A DNA stretch of 64,000 bases, taken from Mobula hypostoma (Eukaryota). The notes below the pieces were generated by a model. It made no database searches and was not told the origin of the DNA. It saw only the letters and a list, made by a program, of their open reading frames with translations. Every line of letters starts with the position of its first letter. Within the stretch, counting starts at the first letter, position 1. The stretch spans positions 30,072,001 through 30,136,000 of the forward strand of contig NC_086097.1 in assembly GCF_963921235.1 (NCBI RefSeq). Direction: 5' to 3'. Made by a program: the position numbers and the translations under genes. This document shows positions 12,557 through 25,057 of this stretch, piece by piece.

Positions 12557-13744
12557 ATTAGAAAGAGGTGACATAGGATCAGAAGGTGTAGAATCATTGT
12601 GGGTAGAGCAAAGAAACTGCAAGGGTAAAAAGATCCTGATGGGAGAAATATACAGACCTTCGAACAATAACTAGGATGTGGTCTATAAATTAAAATGGGA
12701 GATAGAAAATGCATGTCAAATAGGTAATGTTTTAATGGTCATGGGGGATTTCAACATGCAGGTAGAAAATCAGGTTGATGCTGGATTCCAAAAGGGGGAC
12801 TTTGCAGAATGCCTATAATATGGCTTTTCAGAGCAGCTTGTTATTTAGCCCACTAGGGAATCAGCTATTCTGCATTGGGTGTTATGTAATGAAACGGAAT
12901 TGATTAGAGAACTTAAGGTAAAGGAACCCTTAGTGATCATAACATGATAGAATTCACCCTGCAATTTGAGAGGGAGAAGCTAAAATCAGATTATCAGTAG
13001 CACAGTGGAGTAAAGGGAATTGCAGAGGCATGAGAGAGGAGCTGGCCAAAATTGATTGCAAGGGAACACTAGCGGGGATGATGACAAAGCAGCAATGGCT
13101 GGAGTTTCTGCAGATAATTCACAAGGTACAGGATAGATACATCCCAAAGCAGTAGTAGTATTCTCAAGGCAGGAAGACGCAACTGTGACTGACAAGGGAA
13201 GTCAAAACCAATATAGAAGCCAAAGAGAGGGCTTATAATACAGCAACATTTAGCGAGTAGTTAAGAGCATTGGGAAGCTTTTACAAACCAACAGGAGGCA
13301 ATTTAAAAAGTAATAAAGAAGGAAAAGATGGGATATGAAGGTAAGCTAGCGAGTAACATTAAAAAGGACACCAAAAGTTTCTTCAGATATATAAAAGAGA
13401 GGCGAGAATGGATATCGAACCACTGGAAAATGATGCTGGACAAGTAGTAATGGGGGACAAAGAAATGGCTGATAAACTGAATAAATATTTTGCATCAGAC
13501 TTCACTGGAGTTCAAGTATGTCGGGGGCAGAGGTGAGTAAAGTTGCCATTACTAGAGAGAAGGTGCTTGGCAAATTGAAATGTCTGATGGTAGATAAATC
13601 ACTTAGACCAGATGGTCTACACTCAGAGTTTTGAAAGAAATGGCTGAAGAGATTATAAGATCGTAAGACAAAGGAGCAGAAGTCGGCCATTCGGCCCATC
13701 GAGTCTGCTCCACCATTTTATCATGAGCTGATCCATTCTCCCAT

Positions 13745-16731
13745 TTAGTCCCACTCCCCTGCCTTCTCACCATAACCTTTGATGCCCTGGCTACTCAGAT
13801 ACCTATCAATCTCTGCCTTAAATACACCCAATGACTTGGCCTCCACTGCTGCCCCCAGCAACAAATTCCATAGATTCACCACCCTCTGACTAAAAAAATT
13901 TCGTCGCATTTCTGTTCTGAATGGGTGCCCTTCAATCCTTAAGTCATGCCCTCTCGTACTAGACCTCCCCATCATGGGAAATAACTTTGCCACATCCACT
14001 CTGTCCATGTCTTTCAACATTCGAAATGTTTCTATGAGGTCTCCCCTCATTCTTCTAAACTCCAAGGAATACAGTCCAAGAGCGGACAAATGTTCCTCAT
14101 ATGTTAACCCTCTCATTCCCAGAATCATTCCAGTGAATCTTCTCTGTACCCTCTCCAACGTCAGCACATCCTTTCTTAAATAAGGAGACCAAAACTGCCC
14201 ACAGTACTCCAAGTGAGGTCTCACCAACGCCTTATAGAGCCTCAACATCACATCCCTGCGCCTATACTCTATTCCTCTAGAAATAAATACCAACATTGCA
14301 TTCGCTTTCTTCACTACCGACTCAACCTGGAGGTTAACCTTATGGGTATCCTGTACGAGGACTCCCAAGTCCCGTTGCATCTCAGAACTTTGAATTCTTT
14401 CCCCATTTAAATAATAGTCTGCCCGTTTATTTCTTCTGCCAAAGTGCATAACCATACACTTTCCAACATTGTATTTCATTTGCCACTTCTTTGCCCATTC
14501 TTCCAATCTATCCAAGTCTCTCTGCAGACTCTCTGTTTCCTCAGCACTGCCGGCCCCTCCACCTATCTTTGTATCGTCAGCAAACTTAGCTACAAAGCCA
14601 TCTATTCCATAATCCAAATTGTTGATGTACAATGTAAAAAGAAGCGGCCCCAACACGGACCCCTGTGGAACACCACCGGTAACCGGCAGCCAATCAGAAC
14701 AGGATCCCTTTATTCCCACTCTCTGTTTCCTGCCAATCAGCCAATGCTCTATCCACGTATGTGACTTTCCCATAATTCCATGGGCTCTTATCTTGTTAAG
14801 TAGCCTCATGTGTGGCACCTTGTCAAAGGCCTTCTGAAAATCCAAATATACAACATCTACTGCATCTCCCTTGTCTAGCCTACTTGAAATTTCCTCAAAA
14901 AAATTGTAATAGGTTTGTCAGGCAGGATTTTCCTTTAAGGAATCCATGCTGAGTTCTGCCTATCTTGTCATATGCCTCCAGGTACTCCGTAACTTCATCC
15001 TTGACAATCGACTCCAACAACTTCCCAACCACCGATGTCAAGCTAACAGGTCTATAATTTCCTTTTTGCTTCCTTGCCCCCTTCTTAAATAGCGGATTGA
15101 CATTTGCAATCTTCCAGTCCTCCGGAACCACGCCAGAATCTATCGACTTTTGAAAGATCATCGCTAATGCCTCCGCAATCTCCACAGCTACTTTCTTCAG
15201 AACACGAGGGTGCATTCCATCTGGTCCGGGAGATTTATCTACCTTTAGACTATTCAGCTTCCTGAGTACTTTCTCTGTCATAATTGTGACTGCGCACACT
15301 TCTCTTCCCTGCCACCCTTGAGTGTCCGGTATACTGCTGATGTCTTCCTCAGTGAAGACCGATGCAAAATACTGGTTCAGTTCCTCCGCCATCTCCTTAT
15401 CTCCCATTACAATTTCTCCAGCATCATTTTCTATCGGTCCTGTATCTAATCTCACCTGTCTTTTACTCTTTATATACTTGAAAAAGCTTTTAGTATCCTC
15501 CTTGATATTATTTGATAGCTTCCTTTCATAGTTAACCTTTTCCCTCTTAATGACCTTCTTAACTTCCTTCTGTAAGCTTTTAAAAACTTCCCAATCCCCT
15601 GTCTTCCCTCTAATTTTTCCTTCCCTCTTCTTTGCTTTAACTTTGGCTTTGACTTCTCGTCAACCACGGTTGCATCCTTTTTCCATTCGAAAATTTCTTC
15701 TTTTTTGGAATATACCTGTCTTGCACCTTCCTCACTTCTCGCATAAACTCCAGCCACTGCTGCTCTGCCGTCTTTCCTGCCAGTGTCCCTTTCCAGTCAA
15801 CTTTGGCCAGTTCCTCTCTCATGCCACTGTAATTTCCTTTACTCCACTGAAATACCGACACATCAGATTGCGGCTTCTCTTTTTCAAATTTCACAGTGAA
15901 CTCAATCATGTTATGATCACTGCCTCCTAAGGGTTCCTTCACCTCAATCTCTCAAATCACCTCCGGTTCATTACACAATACCCAATCCAGTACAGCTGAT
16001 CCCCTAGTGGGCTCAACAACAAGCTGTTCTAAAAAGCCATCTCGCAGACATTCTACAAATTCTCTCTCTTGAGATCCAGTGCCGACCTGAGTTTCCCAAT
16101 CCACTCGCATGTTAAAATCTCCCACAATTATCATAACACTGCCTTTCTGACAAGCCTTTTCTATTTCCAGTTGTAATTTGTAGTCCACATCACTACAGCT
16201 GTTTGGAGGCCTATAAATAACTGCCATCAGGGTCCTTTTACCCCTGCGATTTCTTAGCTCAACCCATAAAGATTCTGCACCTTCCGATCCTATATCACCT
16301 CTTTCTAATGATTTAATATAATTTCTTACCAATAAAGCCACGCCTCCCCCTCTGCCCACCTTCCTATCCTTCCAACACACCATGTATCCTTGGACGTTCA
16401 GCTCCCAGAGACATGCATCCTTTAGCCACGTCTCAGTGATGGCCACAACATCATACCTGCCAATCTGCAGCTATACGACAAGATCATCCACCTTATTCCT
16501 TATGCTGCATGCATTTAAGTATAACACCTTAAGACCAGTATTTGGTACTTTTCGCTTTGATTTCGCTGCAACTTTATTGCACTGCAACTCATCCCAATGG
16601 CTACAAATTTGCCCCATCACCTGCCAGTCTTTCCTGACATCTTTACTGCTCATGACCTTAGATTTATTTCTGTTTTCCCCTTCCTCCGCTCTATCATTCC
16701 AGTTCCCATCCCCCTGCCAAATTAGTTTAAA
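13745..16731 (-). pseudogene. CR1 ORF2 (APE endonuclease and reverse transcriptase) with 2 in-frame stops and 2 frameshifts
   Basis: [50 protein letters not shown]. Confidence 0.92.
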
Positions 16732-17657
16732 CACTCCCTAACAGCTGTATTAAACCTTCCCGCCAGGATATTGGCCCCCTTCGGGTTCAGGTGTAACCTG
16801 TCCATTTTGAACAGGTTATAGTTCTCCCAGAAGAGATCCCAATTATTCAAAAACCTGAAGCCCTGCCTCCTGCACCAGTCTCTCAGCCACGCATTCATCA
16901 GCCTGATCCTACTATTCTTGCCCTCGCTAGCACATGGCACAGGCAGCAATCCCGAGATTACTACCCTGGAGGTCCTGCTTCTCAGCTTCCTTCCTAACTC
17001 CTGGAAGTCTCTCTTCAGGACCTCCTCCCTTGTCCTATCTATGTCATTGGTACCAACGGGTACCAAGACAACTGGCTGCTCGCCCTCCCCCTTCAGAATA
17101 TTCTGGACCCGATCCGAGACATCCTGTACCCTGGCATCTGGGAGGCAACTCACTATGCAGGTATCTCTATCAGGCTCACAGAATCTCCTGTCCATTCCCC
17201 TGACTAAGGAATCCCCTATGACTACCGCATTCCTCTTCTCCCTCCTTCCTTCCTGCACAACAGCACCAGGCTCAGTGCCAGAGACCTGGTCACCGCGGGC
17301 GTCCCCTGTCAGGTCATCCCCCTCAACAACATATAGAACAAGATATTTGTTGCTGAGGGGGACAGCCACAGGTGTGCTCTCCACTATCCGGGCATTTCCC
17401 TTCCCTCTCTTGACAGTGACCCAGTTTTCTGACCCCTGTAGCCTAGGGATGACTACCTCCCTGTTGCTCCTGTTGATCACCTCTTCACTTTCCCTGATAA
17501 GCAGTAGGTCATCAAGCTGCAGCTCCAGATCCCTAACACGTTCTCCGAGGAGCTGCATCTCGGTGCATCTGGCGCAGATGTGGCCATCAGGGAGGCTGGA
17601 GGTCTCCCAGGATTTCCACATCTGACATCCTGAACGAAGCACTAACCCTGCAGGCAT
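16722..17657 (-). CDS. CR1 ORF1p: N-terminal Cys-rich and coiled-coil region plus SGNH esterase-like domain (311 aa, open)
   Basis: GDSLVRG, VGTND and DRLHL motifs; CARC...LQLDDL. Confidence 0.85.
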   Translation of the reverse strand: MPAGLVLRSGCQMWKSWETSSLPDGHICARCTEMQLLGERVRDLELQLDDLLLIRESEEVINRSNREVVIPRLQGSENWVTVKRGKGNARIVESTPVAVPLSNKYLVLYVVEGDDLTGDARGDQVSGTEPGAVVQEGRREKRNAVVIGDSLVRGMDRRFCEPDRDTCIVSCLPDARVQDVSDRVQNILKGEGEQPVVLVPVGTNDIDRTREEVLKRDFQELGRKLRSRTSRVVISGLLPVPCASEGKNSRIRLMNAWLRDWCRRQGFRFLNNWDLFWENYNLFKMDRLHLNPKGANILAGRFNTAVRECLN

Positions 17658-18663
17658 GCTATCTAATTCTACAGGAATGAAACAGGAAAAAAAAGTCTAC
17701 TCACCCACTTACCTCGCCAAACAGATGAACTTTTTAAACCATTAGCCGTGACAGCCCTACCTTATGAAGGTATTAGTAATAATCTTTCAAGAATCAATAG
17801 ATTCTGGCATGGTTCTGGAGGACTGCAAAATTGCAATTGTTATTCCTCTCTTCAAAAAGGGAGAGAGGCATAAGAAAGGAAATGATAGGCCAGTTAGTCT
17901 GATCTCAGTGGTTGGGAAGATGTTGGAGTCAATTGTTAAGAACGCGGTTTCGGAGTACTTGGAGGCATATGGTAAAATGAGCTGAAGCCAGCATGAGTTC
18001 CTTAAAGGAAAATCTTGCCTGACAAGGGAGACTCAGTGGATGTTGTGTGCTTGGATTTCTAGAAGGCCTTTGACAAGATGCTATACATGAGGCTGCTCAA
18101 CAAGAGCTCATGGTATTACAGGAAAGATACTAGCATGGTTAAAGCATTGGCTGATTGGCAGGTGGCAAAGAGTATGAATAAAGGGAGCCTTTTCTGGTTG
18201 ACTGCTGGTGACTTGTGGTGTTCCACAGGGGTCTGTGTTGAGACTTCCTTTTACGTTATATGTCAATGATTTGGATGACGGAATTGATGGCTTTGTGGTC
18301 AATTTTGCAGTTATATGAAGATAGGTGGAGGGGCTGGCAGTGTTGACTAAGCAGAGAGGCTGCAGAAGGACTTAGACAGATTAGGTCAATACCAAGAGGT
18401 GGCAAATGGAATACACTGTCGGGAAGTGTACGGTCATGTACTTTGGTAGAAGAAATAAAAGCATAGACTGTTTTCTAAGTGAAGAGAAAATTTTGAAAAC
18501 TGAGGTGCAAAGGTACTTGGAGTCCTCGTGGAGGATTCCCTAAAGGTTCGTTTGCAGGTTAAACAGTGGCAAGGAAGGCAAATTCATTTCAAGAGGACTA
18601 GAATATAAAAGCAAGGGTGTAATGTTGAGGATTTGAGACTGGTGAGACCTCGCTTGGAATATT

Positions 18664-18698
18664 TTTTTCAGCATCTGCAGATTTTCTCTTCTTTGTTG
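18664..18698 (+). mobile_element. PLE 3' tail-only micro-insertion
   Basis: cagcatctgcagattttct matches the PLE tail at 22149-22165; TSD ttgga(a/g)tatt at 18654-18663 and 18699-18708. Confidence 0.7.
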
Positions 18699-21262
18699 TT
18701 GGAGTATTGTTTTAGGCCCCATATCTAAGAAAGGATGTGCTGGCATTGGAGAGGGTTCCAAGGGTGGTTACAAAAATTATTCCAGGATTGAAAGGCTTAT
18801 CACATGAGGAGCGTTTGATGGCTCTAGAAGTGTATTCACTAGAATTTAGAAAGAATAAGAATTTAGAAGATCTTCTTGAAACCTATCGAATGTTTAAAGG
18901 CCTCATTAGAGTGGATGTGGAGAGGATGTTTCCTATGATGGGGTAATCTAGGACCAGAGGACACAGCCTCAGAATAGAAGGACATCCATTTAGAAAGGAG
19001 ATGATGGGGACTTACTTTAGCCGGAGAGTGGCAAATCTGTACAATTCATTGTCACAGGAAGCTGTGGAGGCCAAGGCATTGGGTATATTTAAGGCTGAGG
19101 TTAAAAGATTCATGAGTGGCATAGGCATGGAGGGTTATGGGAAGAAGGTAGGAGATTGGGACTCAGAGAGAATTGGATCAGCCATGATGAAATGGAGGAG
19201 CAGATCAATGAGCTAAATGGCTGAATTCTGCTCCTATATTATATAGTCTTCTGGTGATTCTGATAGAAATGATAAAGTAACAAAGTGACTCTCTGCAACA
19301 GGAACTCTTCTAGGTAGCAGTAGGGCATATGAAAACACAGTAGGATAGTGACTGTTAGTGTAGGTATGAGATGTGGAGTGCAAGCGTAAAGTGGCAGCCA
19401 ATGAGGGTGCTGAGGCAAACAGAGGATGATATGGATGTAGTGGTGGTGGCGGATGGTATGACAAAATTATTAAAAGAGTTTGGTCCTTTCTAGAACATGT
19501 TATCTTTTATCAATCTGAGCAATTCAGTTTTCTGTAATAAATATTTGATTTTAAATCTCATGATATTTTTTCCATTTTGAATCAATACAGTGGCTAACAA
19601 AATTGGCTACACAGATAGATAGGCATAAGCTGTTTGAATTAATTAAATTTGCTTCAGGCCTTAAAGAGCATTTTATCATGGGGTTAGAACATAGAACACT
19701 ACAGCAGGGAACATACCCTTCAGCTCACCATGTTGTGCTGATCTTTTAACTTATTCTAAAAACAATCTAACACTTCCCTCCTACATAGCCCTCCATTTTC
19801 TATCATCTATGTGCCTATATAAGACCTTCTTAATGTCTTTGCCACCCACCACCCCTGGCAAACTGTTCTATGCACCTACCTCTCTGTGTTAGATACTTAT
19901 CTTTGACATCGCCCTCCTTATATTTTCCTCCACTCGCCTTAAAATTATGCCCCCTATTAGCTATATTGGATTGATGAGAAGAAATTGAATTTCAATGGTA
20001 CCTTTTAGAAGCTCTGCATCTTACAAGTACTTAAGGACTAAGTATGTTCTGAAGTTTACTCACTGTAAACTTGATTTGTGGACAGAAGCCACTACAAAGA
20101 GTATTTAAATAATCATGTTGGTCAAGAAATAATTAATGGCAAGATCTGTCTAAACACTATGTTCCTGTTTCTATTTATTTCTCTGACTTCGTTTTGCATT
20201 TTTAATGCAGCTCAAACTTCCAACCAATACACAGCAGTGAATCAGGAGTATAGATATGATTCATCAAGGGTGAAACACTAAGCTTAAAATCTGGATTACA
20301 ACATCTGAATTGTGTAATCAGAACTATGAAGTCAGATTTTAAAATGTTTGGTTCTACAAATATTACATACAGTGCCTATAAAAAGTATTCACCCAACTTG
20401 GAAGTTTTCATCTTCTATTGCTTTACAACATTAAATCACAGTGGATTTAATTTGACTTTTTTGACACTGATTAACAGAAAAAGACTCTTACAAAGTAAAT
20501 ACAGGTCTCTGCAAAATAATCTAAATTAATTACAAATGTAAAATACAAAATAATTGATTGCACAAGTATTCACCCCCCTTTAAAATGACACACCAAATCT
20601 TCACTGGTGCAACCAATTGGTTTTAGGAGTCACGTAATTAGTTAAGGTGTTCTACCTATATGCAAACCTGTGTGCATTCAAGGTGTTTCAACTGATGGTA
20701 GTAAAAATACACCCATATCTGGAAGGTCCAACTATTCGCAAGTCAGCATTGGGGCAAAAACTACACCATGAAGACAAAAGAACACTCTAAGCAACTGCAA
20801 GAAAAGCTTAATGAAAAATACAAGTCAAGAGATGGATACAAGAAAATTTCCAAGTCACTGAATATTCCTTGGAGTACAGTTAAGTCAATCAAGAAATGGA
20901 AAGAATATGGCAGAGCTGTGAAACTGCCTAGAGCAGGCCGTTCTCAAAATCTGAGTGACCATGCAAGAAGGGGACTAGTGTGGGAAGCCACCAATAGACC
21001 TATGACAACTCTAGAGGAGTTATAAGCTTTGGTGGCTGAGATGGGAGAGACTGCACATGCAAAAACTGTTGCCCAAGTGCTTCACCAGTTGCAGTTTTAT
21101 GGGAGAACAGCAAAAAGAAAGCCACTGTTAAAAAAAATTCTCAAGAAATCTTGGCTAGAGTTTGCCAGAAAGCATGTGGGAGACTCTGAAGTCAGCTGGA
21201 AGGTGGTTCTATGGTCTGATGAAACCAAAATTGAGCTTTTTGGCCATTAGACTAAATGCTAT

Positions 21263-22170
21263 CTGGAGACAACTTATCTACTGATGCCTATTATAATCCC
21301 ACAAATTCTCACTGCTACCTGAGTATACTATACCTCTTCCTACCCTGTTACTCATAAAAACGCTATCCCTTTCTGTCAATTCCCCCGTCTCCGCCACATC
21401 TGTTCTCAGGATGAGGCTTTTCATTCCAAAAATGAAGGAGATGTCGTCCTCCTTCAAAGAAAGGGGCTTCCCCTCCTCCACCATCAACCTCAACCACATC
21501 TCTTCCCTTTCACGGAAGCAGAATGGGTACTACACCTGCCCTACACCTCCTCCCTCATTACAATTCAGGACCCCAAACAGTCCTTCCAGGTGAGGTGACA
21601 CCTCACCTGTGAGGCTGTTGGGTTATACTGTGCTCCCAGTGTGGCATCCTGTATACTGCTGAGACCTGACATAGATTGGGAGACAGTTTCACCGAGCACC
21701 TATGCTCTATCTGCCAGAAAAAGTGGGAATTCCCAGTGGCTACTGATTTTAATTCCACTTCCCATTCTCATTCTGATATGGCTATCTATGGCCTCCTCTG
21801 CTGTCACAATGAGGCTATGCTCAAATTGGAACAGTGCCTTAAACTCCTCCCCCTTTTTTCTTCCATAACCTTCTGTCCTCTCTTTAGATTCCCCCTTCTC
21901 CAGCCCTGTATCTCTTTCACCAACCAATCGCTTCCCAGCTCTTTACTTCACCCCTTCCCCCTCCCGGTTTCACCCATCACCTTGTGTTTTGCCCTTCCCT
22001 CCCCCACCTTTTAACTCTACTCCTCATCTTTTTTTCTCCAGTCCTGCTGAAGAGTCTTGGTCTGAAACGTCGACTTTACTCTTTTCCAGAGATGCTGCCT
22101 GGCCTGCTGAGTTCCTCCTGCATTGTGTGTGTGTTGCTTGGATTTCCATCATCTGCAGATTTTCTGTTTG
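21263..22170 (+). mobile_element. Decayed 5'-truncated Penelope-like element inside the Tc1
   Basis: Homologous to 25058-26492; TSD aga(c/g)taaatgctat at 21249-21262 and 22171-22184. Confidence 0.9.
22040..22075 (+). ncRNA. Hammerhead ribozyme motif, variant core (CTGCTGA)
   Basis: AGTC CTGCTGA AGA GTCTTGG TCT GAAA CG TC GACT. Confidence 0.6.
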
Positions 22171-23407
22171 AGAGTAAATGCTATGTTTGGTGTAAGCCAA
22201 ACATCATACATTATCAAAATCTCACCATCCCTACTGTGAAGCATACTGGTGGCTGCATCGTGCTGTGGGAATTCTTCAGTGCAGCAGGCCCTGGAATTCT
22301 TGTGAGAGCAGAAGGTAAAATGAATGCAATAAAATACAGGAAAATCCTGGAGGAAACCCTGATGCAGTTTGCAAGAGAACCGTAACTTGGGAGAAGATTT
22401 CTTTTCCAGCAAGACAATGACCCCAAGCATAAAGCCAAAGCTACACAGGAATGGCTTACAAACAACAAAGTTAATGGATTGGCCAAGTCAGAGACCAGAC
22501 CTCAATCCAATTGAGAATTTTGTGGCTGGACTCAAAAAGGGCTGCTCACTCACGATCCCCATGCAATCCGACAGAGGCTGAGCAGCTTTGTAAAGAAGAA
22601 TGGGGGAAAAACTGCAGAGTCCAGATGTGCAAAGCTGATGGAGACCTGTCCACACAGACTCGAGGCTGTAATACTGCCAAAAGCACACCTGCTAAATACT
22701 GACTTGAAGGGGGTGAATATTTATGCAATCATTTTTTGTGCTTTATATTTGTAATTAATCTGTATCACTTTGTAGAGTTTTGTTTTCACTTTGACACAAA
22801 AGAGTGATTCTCTGTTGATCAATGTCAAAAAAATTAAATTAAATCCACTGTGATTCAATGGTGTAAAACAATATAACATGAAAACTTCCAAGGGGGGAGG
22901 GTAAATACTTTTGATACGCGCTGTATGTTTTTATATCTGTTGTCCACATGGGATAGCAAGTAAAAAATGTGTCACAGGAAGGACAGGATGGACTGAAGGT
23001 CATAAACAAGATCAGGAAACAAACTTTTCCACTCATCCTCTCTAGGGAGTGACTTTGAAGTCTTCTCACAGCTTAATGGGCAGATGACATAATATTGTAC
23101 ACATACGAGCAGAGAATTAATTTAGATTACTGTGTGTATGTCACAATATAGTTATGAAATGTGAAAGCCACTATCAATAGTTGGGACAGTAGAGGTTATA
23201 CTTTTCAAACCACTACACTGTTGTAATGTGGCATTCCTCCAGTACTTCCATTAAGAACAATCACGCCTGATGAACAGTCATTTAAATGAAGCATCTATGC
23301 CAAGTACAAGCTCTAAACGACAGAAGGGACAGCTCAACAACCGTTAACTCTATCAATGCTAACAAAAATCCCGAAGAATACTTGGGAAGGAACAAAAAAT
23401 ATATATA

Positions 23408-23603
23408 TGCTAGAGGAACTCAGCAGGTCGAGCAGAATCTGTGGGAGGGAAGGAATTGTCAATGTTTCAGGTTGAAACCCTGTACCAGAACCCAAACCGT
23501 TGACAATTTCTTATCTCCCCACAGATGCTGCTTGACCTGCTGAGTTCCTCCGGCAGGATGTCTGTTGTTACAGATACAGATATCTGCAGTCTCCTGTGTC
23601 TCC
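23408..23603. mobile_element. Older fold-back PLE-terminus mini-element
   Basis: Inverted arms gaggaactcagcaggtcgagcag... and ...ctgcttgacctgctgagttcctc; tail ...atctgcagtctcc. Confidence 0.75.
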
Positions 23604-24185
23604 AGATGCTTGCAAAGGTTTTGTTCAGTATATTTCATTGAGGACCCCTGCCATCGGTCAATGGTCCATATCAACCATGATGCTCCATCAAACCTTTTTC
23701 CAAAGCTATTTGGCCCATTACATTTTAAACCTTTCCAATCCAGTTTCTGTCCAACTACCTTTTAAAAGTTGTTCTTGTACCTGCATCAACCACTTCTTCT
23801 GACAGCTTACTCCAAATATATACCACCCTTTATGTAAAAAGGTTGCCCTTCAAGTTCCTCTTAAATCTTTCCAATCTCACATTAAACCTATGGCCTCTTG
23901 TTCCTGATTCCCAGACCCTGGGGAAAAGATGGTGTGCATTCACCCTAACAAAGATGAAATTAGGTTTATTTGTCACATGTATATTGAAACATCAAAACAG
24001 ACAAATGTGTTGTTAGTGTTCACAAACAATGTGCTGAGGGCAGCTCACAAGTGTTGTCATCTTTCCAGCACCAACATAGCATGCCCACAACTTACTAACC
24101 TCAACCCGTACGTCTTTGGGATGTACATAGGAGGAAACCAGAGCATCCGATGGAAAAACATATGGTCAACAGTTAAGATAGTGCC

Positions 24186-24962
24186 AACAATAACGAGGTG
24201 GCCTACAGGGAAGAAGTCATCTCTCTGACACCATGGTGTCAAGAAAACAACCTCTCCCTCAATGTCGCAAAAACAAGGGAGCTGCTTGTGGATTACAGGA
24301 GGAATGGAGATGGGCTAACCCCTATTGACACCAACGGATCTGGGTTTGGGAGGGTAAACAGCTTTAAATTCCTCGGTATCTACATCACCGAGGACCTCAC
24401 GTGGTCCGTACACACCATCCATGTGGTGAAAAAGGCACAGCGGCCTCTCTTTCACCTCAGACAGTTGAGGAAGTTTGGTATGAACCCCCAAATCCTAAGA
24501 ACTTTCCACAGGGACACAATTGAGAGCATCCTGACTTGCTGCATCACTGCCTGGTATGGGAACTGTATCTCCCTTAATCACAGGACTCCGCAGAGGTACA
24601 GTTCCCATACCAGGCAGTGATGTAGCGGACAGCCCAGTGTACCTGTAGGTGTGAACTTCCCACTATTCAGGTCATTTACAAGGGCAGGTGTGCAAAAAGG
24701 GCCCGTACCCAAACCATCCCAACCACAATCTATTCCGGCTGCTACCATCCGGGAAGCCAGGACCAACAGGCTCTGGGACAGCTTCTTCTACCAAGCCATC
24801 AGACTGATGAACCCATGCTGATTTGAGTGTACTCTATATTACATTGACTGTTCTATTTATTATAAATTACTATGATTGCACATTGCACATTTAGATGGAG
24901 ACGTAACGTAAAGATGTTTACTCCTCAGGTATGTGAAGGATATAAGAAATAAAGTCAACTCA
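24186..24962 (+). mobile_element. Rex1/Babar-like LINE 3' fragment
   Basis: ORF 24198-24620 with WCQENNLSLNVAKTRELLVDYRR, FKFLGIYITEDLTW, ESILTCCITAWYG. Confidence 0.8.
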
Positions 24963-25057
24963 GTGGGAAATCATCAAATATTCCTGTTCAGGATTACTAC
25001 AGCTAAAATCCACAGTCATAGCCATGGGTACTTCAGTAAGCAACATCATTTTAAGAT

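Larger units (their letters stand above)
13655..17763 (-). mobile_element. Near full-length, relatively young CR1 LINE
   Basis: Intact ORF1; ORF2 in five pieces; TCTTAYGA-type tail at 13655; host CR1 resumes at 17764. Confidence 0.95.
11432..19247 (+). mobile_element. Old CR1 LINE split by a solo LTR (11890-12556), a younger CR1 (13655-17763) and a PLE tail (18664-18698)
   Basis: CR1 sequence is colinear across each insertion (tcatta|gaaagagg; gaagagatt|atgaaggtattag); ORF1 end at ~11485; APE and RT motifs. Confidence 0.85.
20370..22923 (+). mobile_element. Tc1-family DNA transposon, IR/DR type; decayed transposase interrupted by a PLE
   Basis: TA|CAGTGCC...GCGCTG|TA; ~210-bp TIRs with inner repeats (aagtattcaccc at 20564; gggtgaata at ~22711); GYKKISKSL, WSDETKIELFG, QQDNDPKH and PDLNPIEN motifs. 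Confidence 0.93.

Noticed and set aside
16918..17625. 235-aa plus-strand ORF antisense to CR1 ORF1 (similarly 34055-34831 and 50304-50903)
   Set aside because: Shadow frames of transposon coding sequence; Ser/Leu-rich with no motifs
22051..22063. Apparent stem II covariation (AGA/TCT versus AGG/CCT versus GGG/CCC)
   Set aside because: All changes are transitions, some at CpG sites; neutral decay explains them, so not counted as structural evidence
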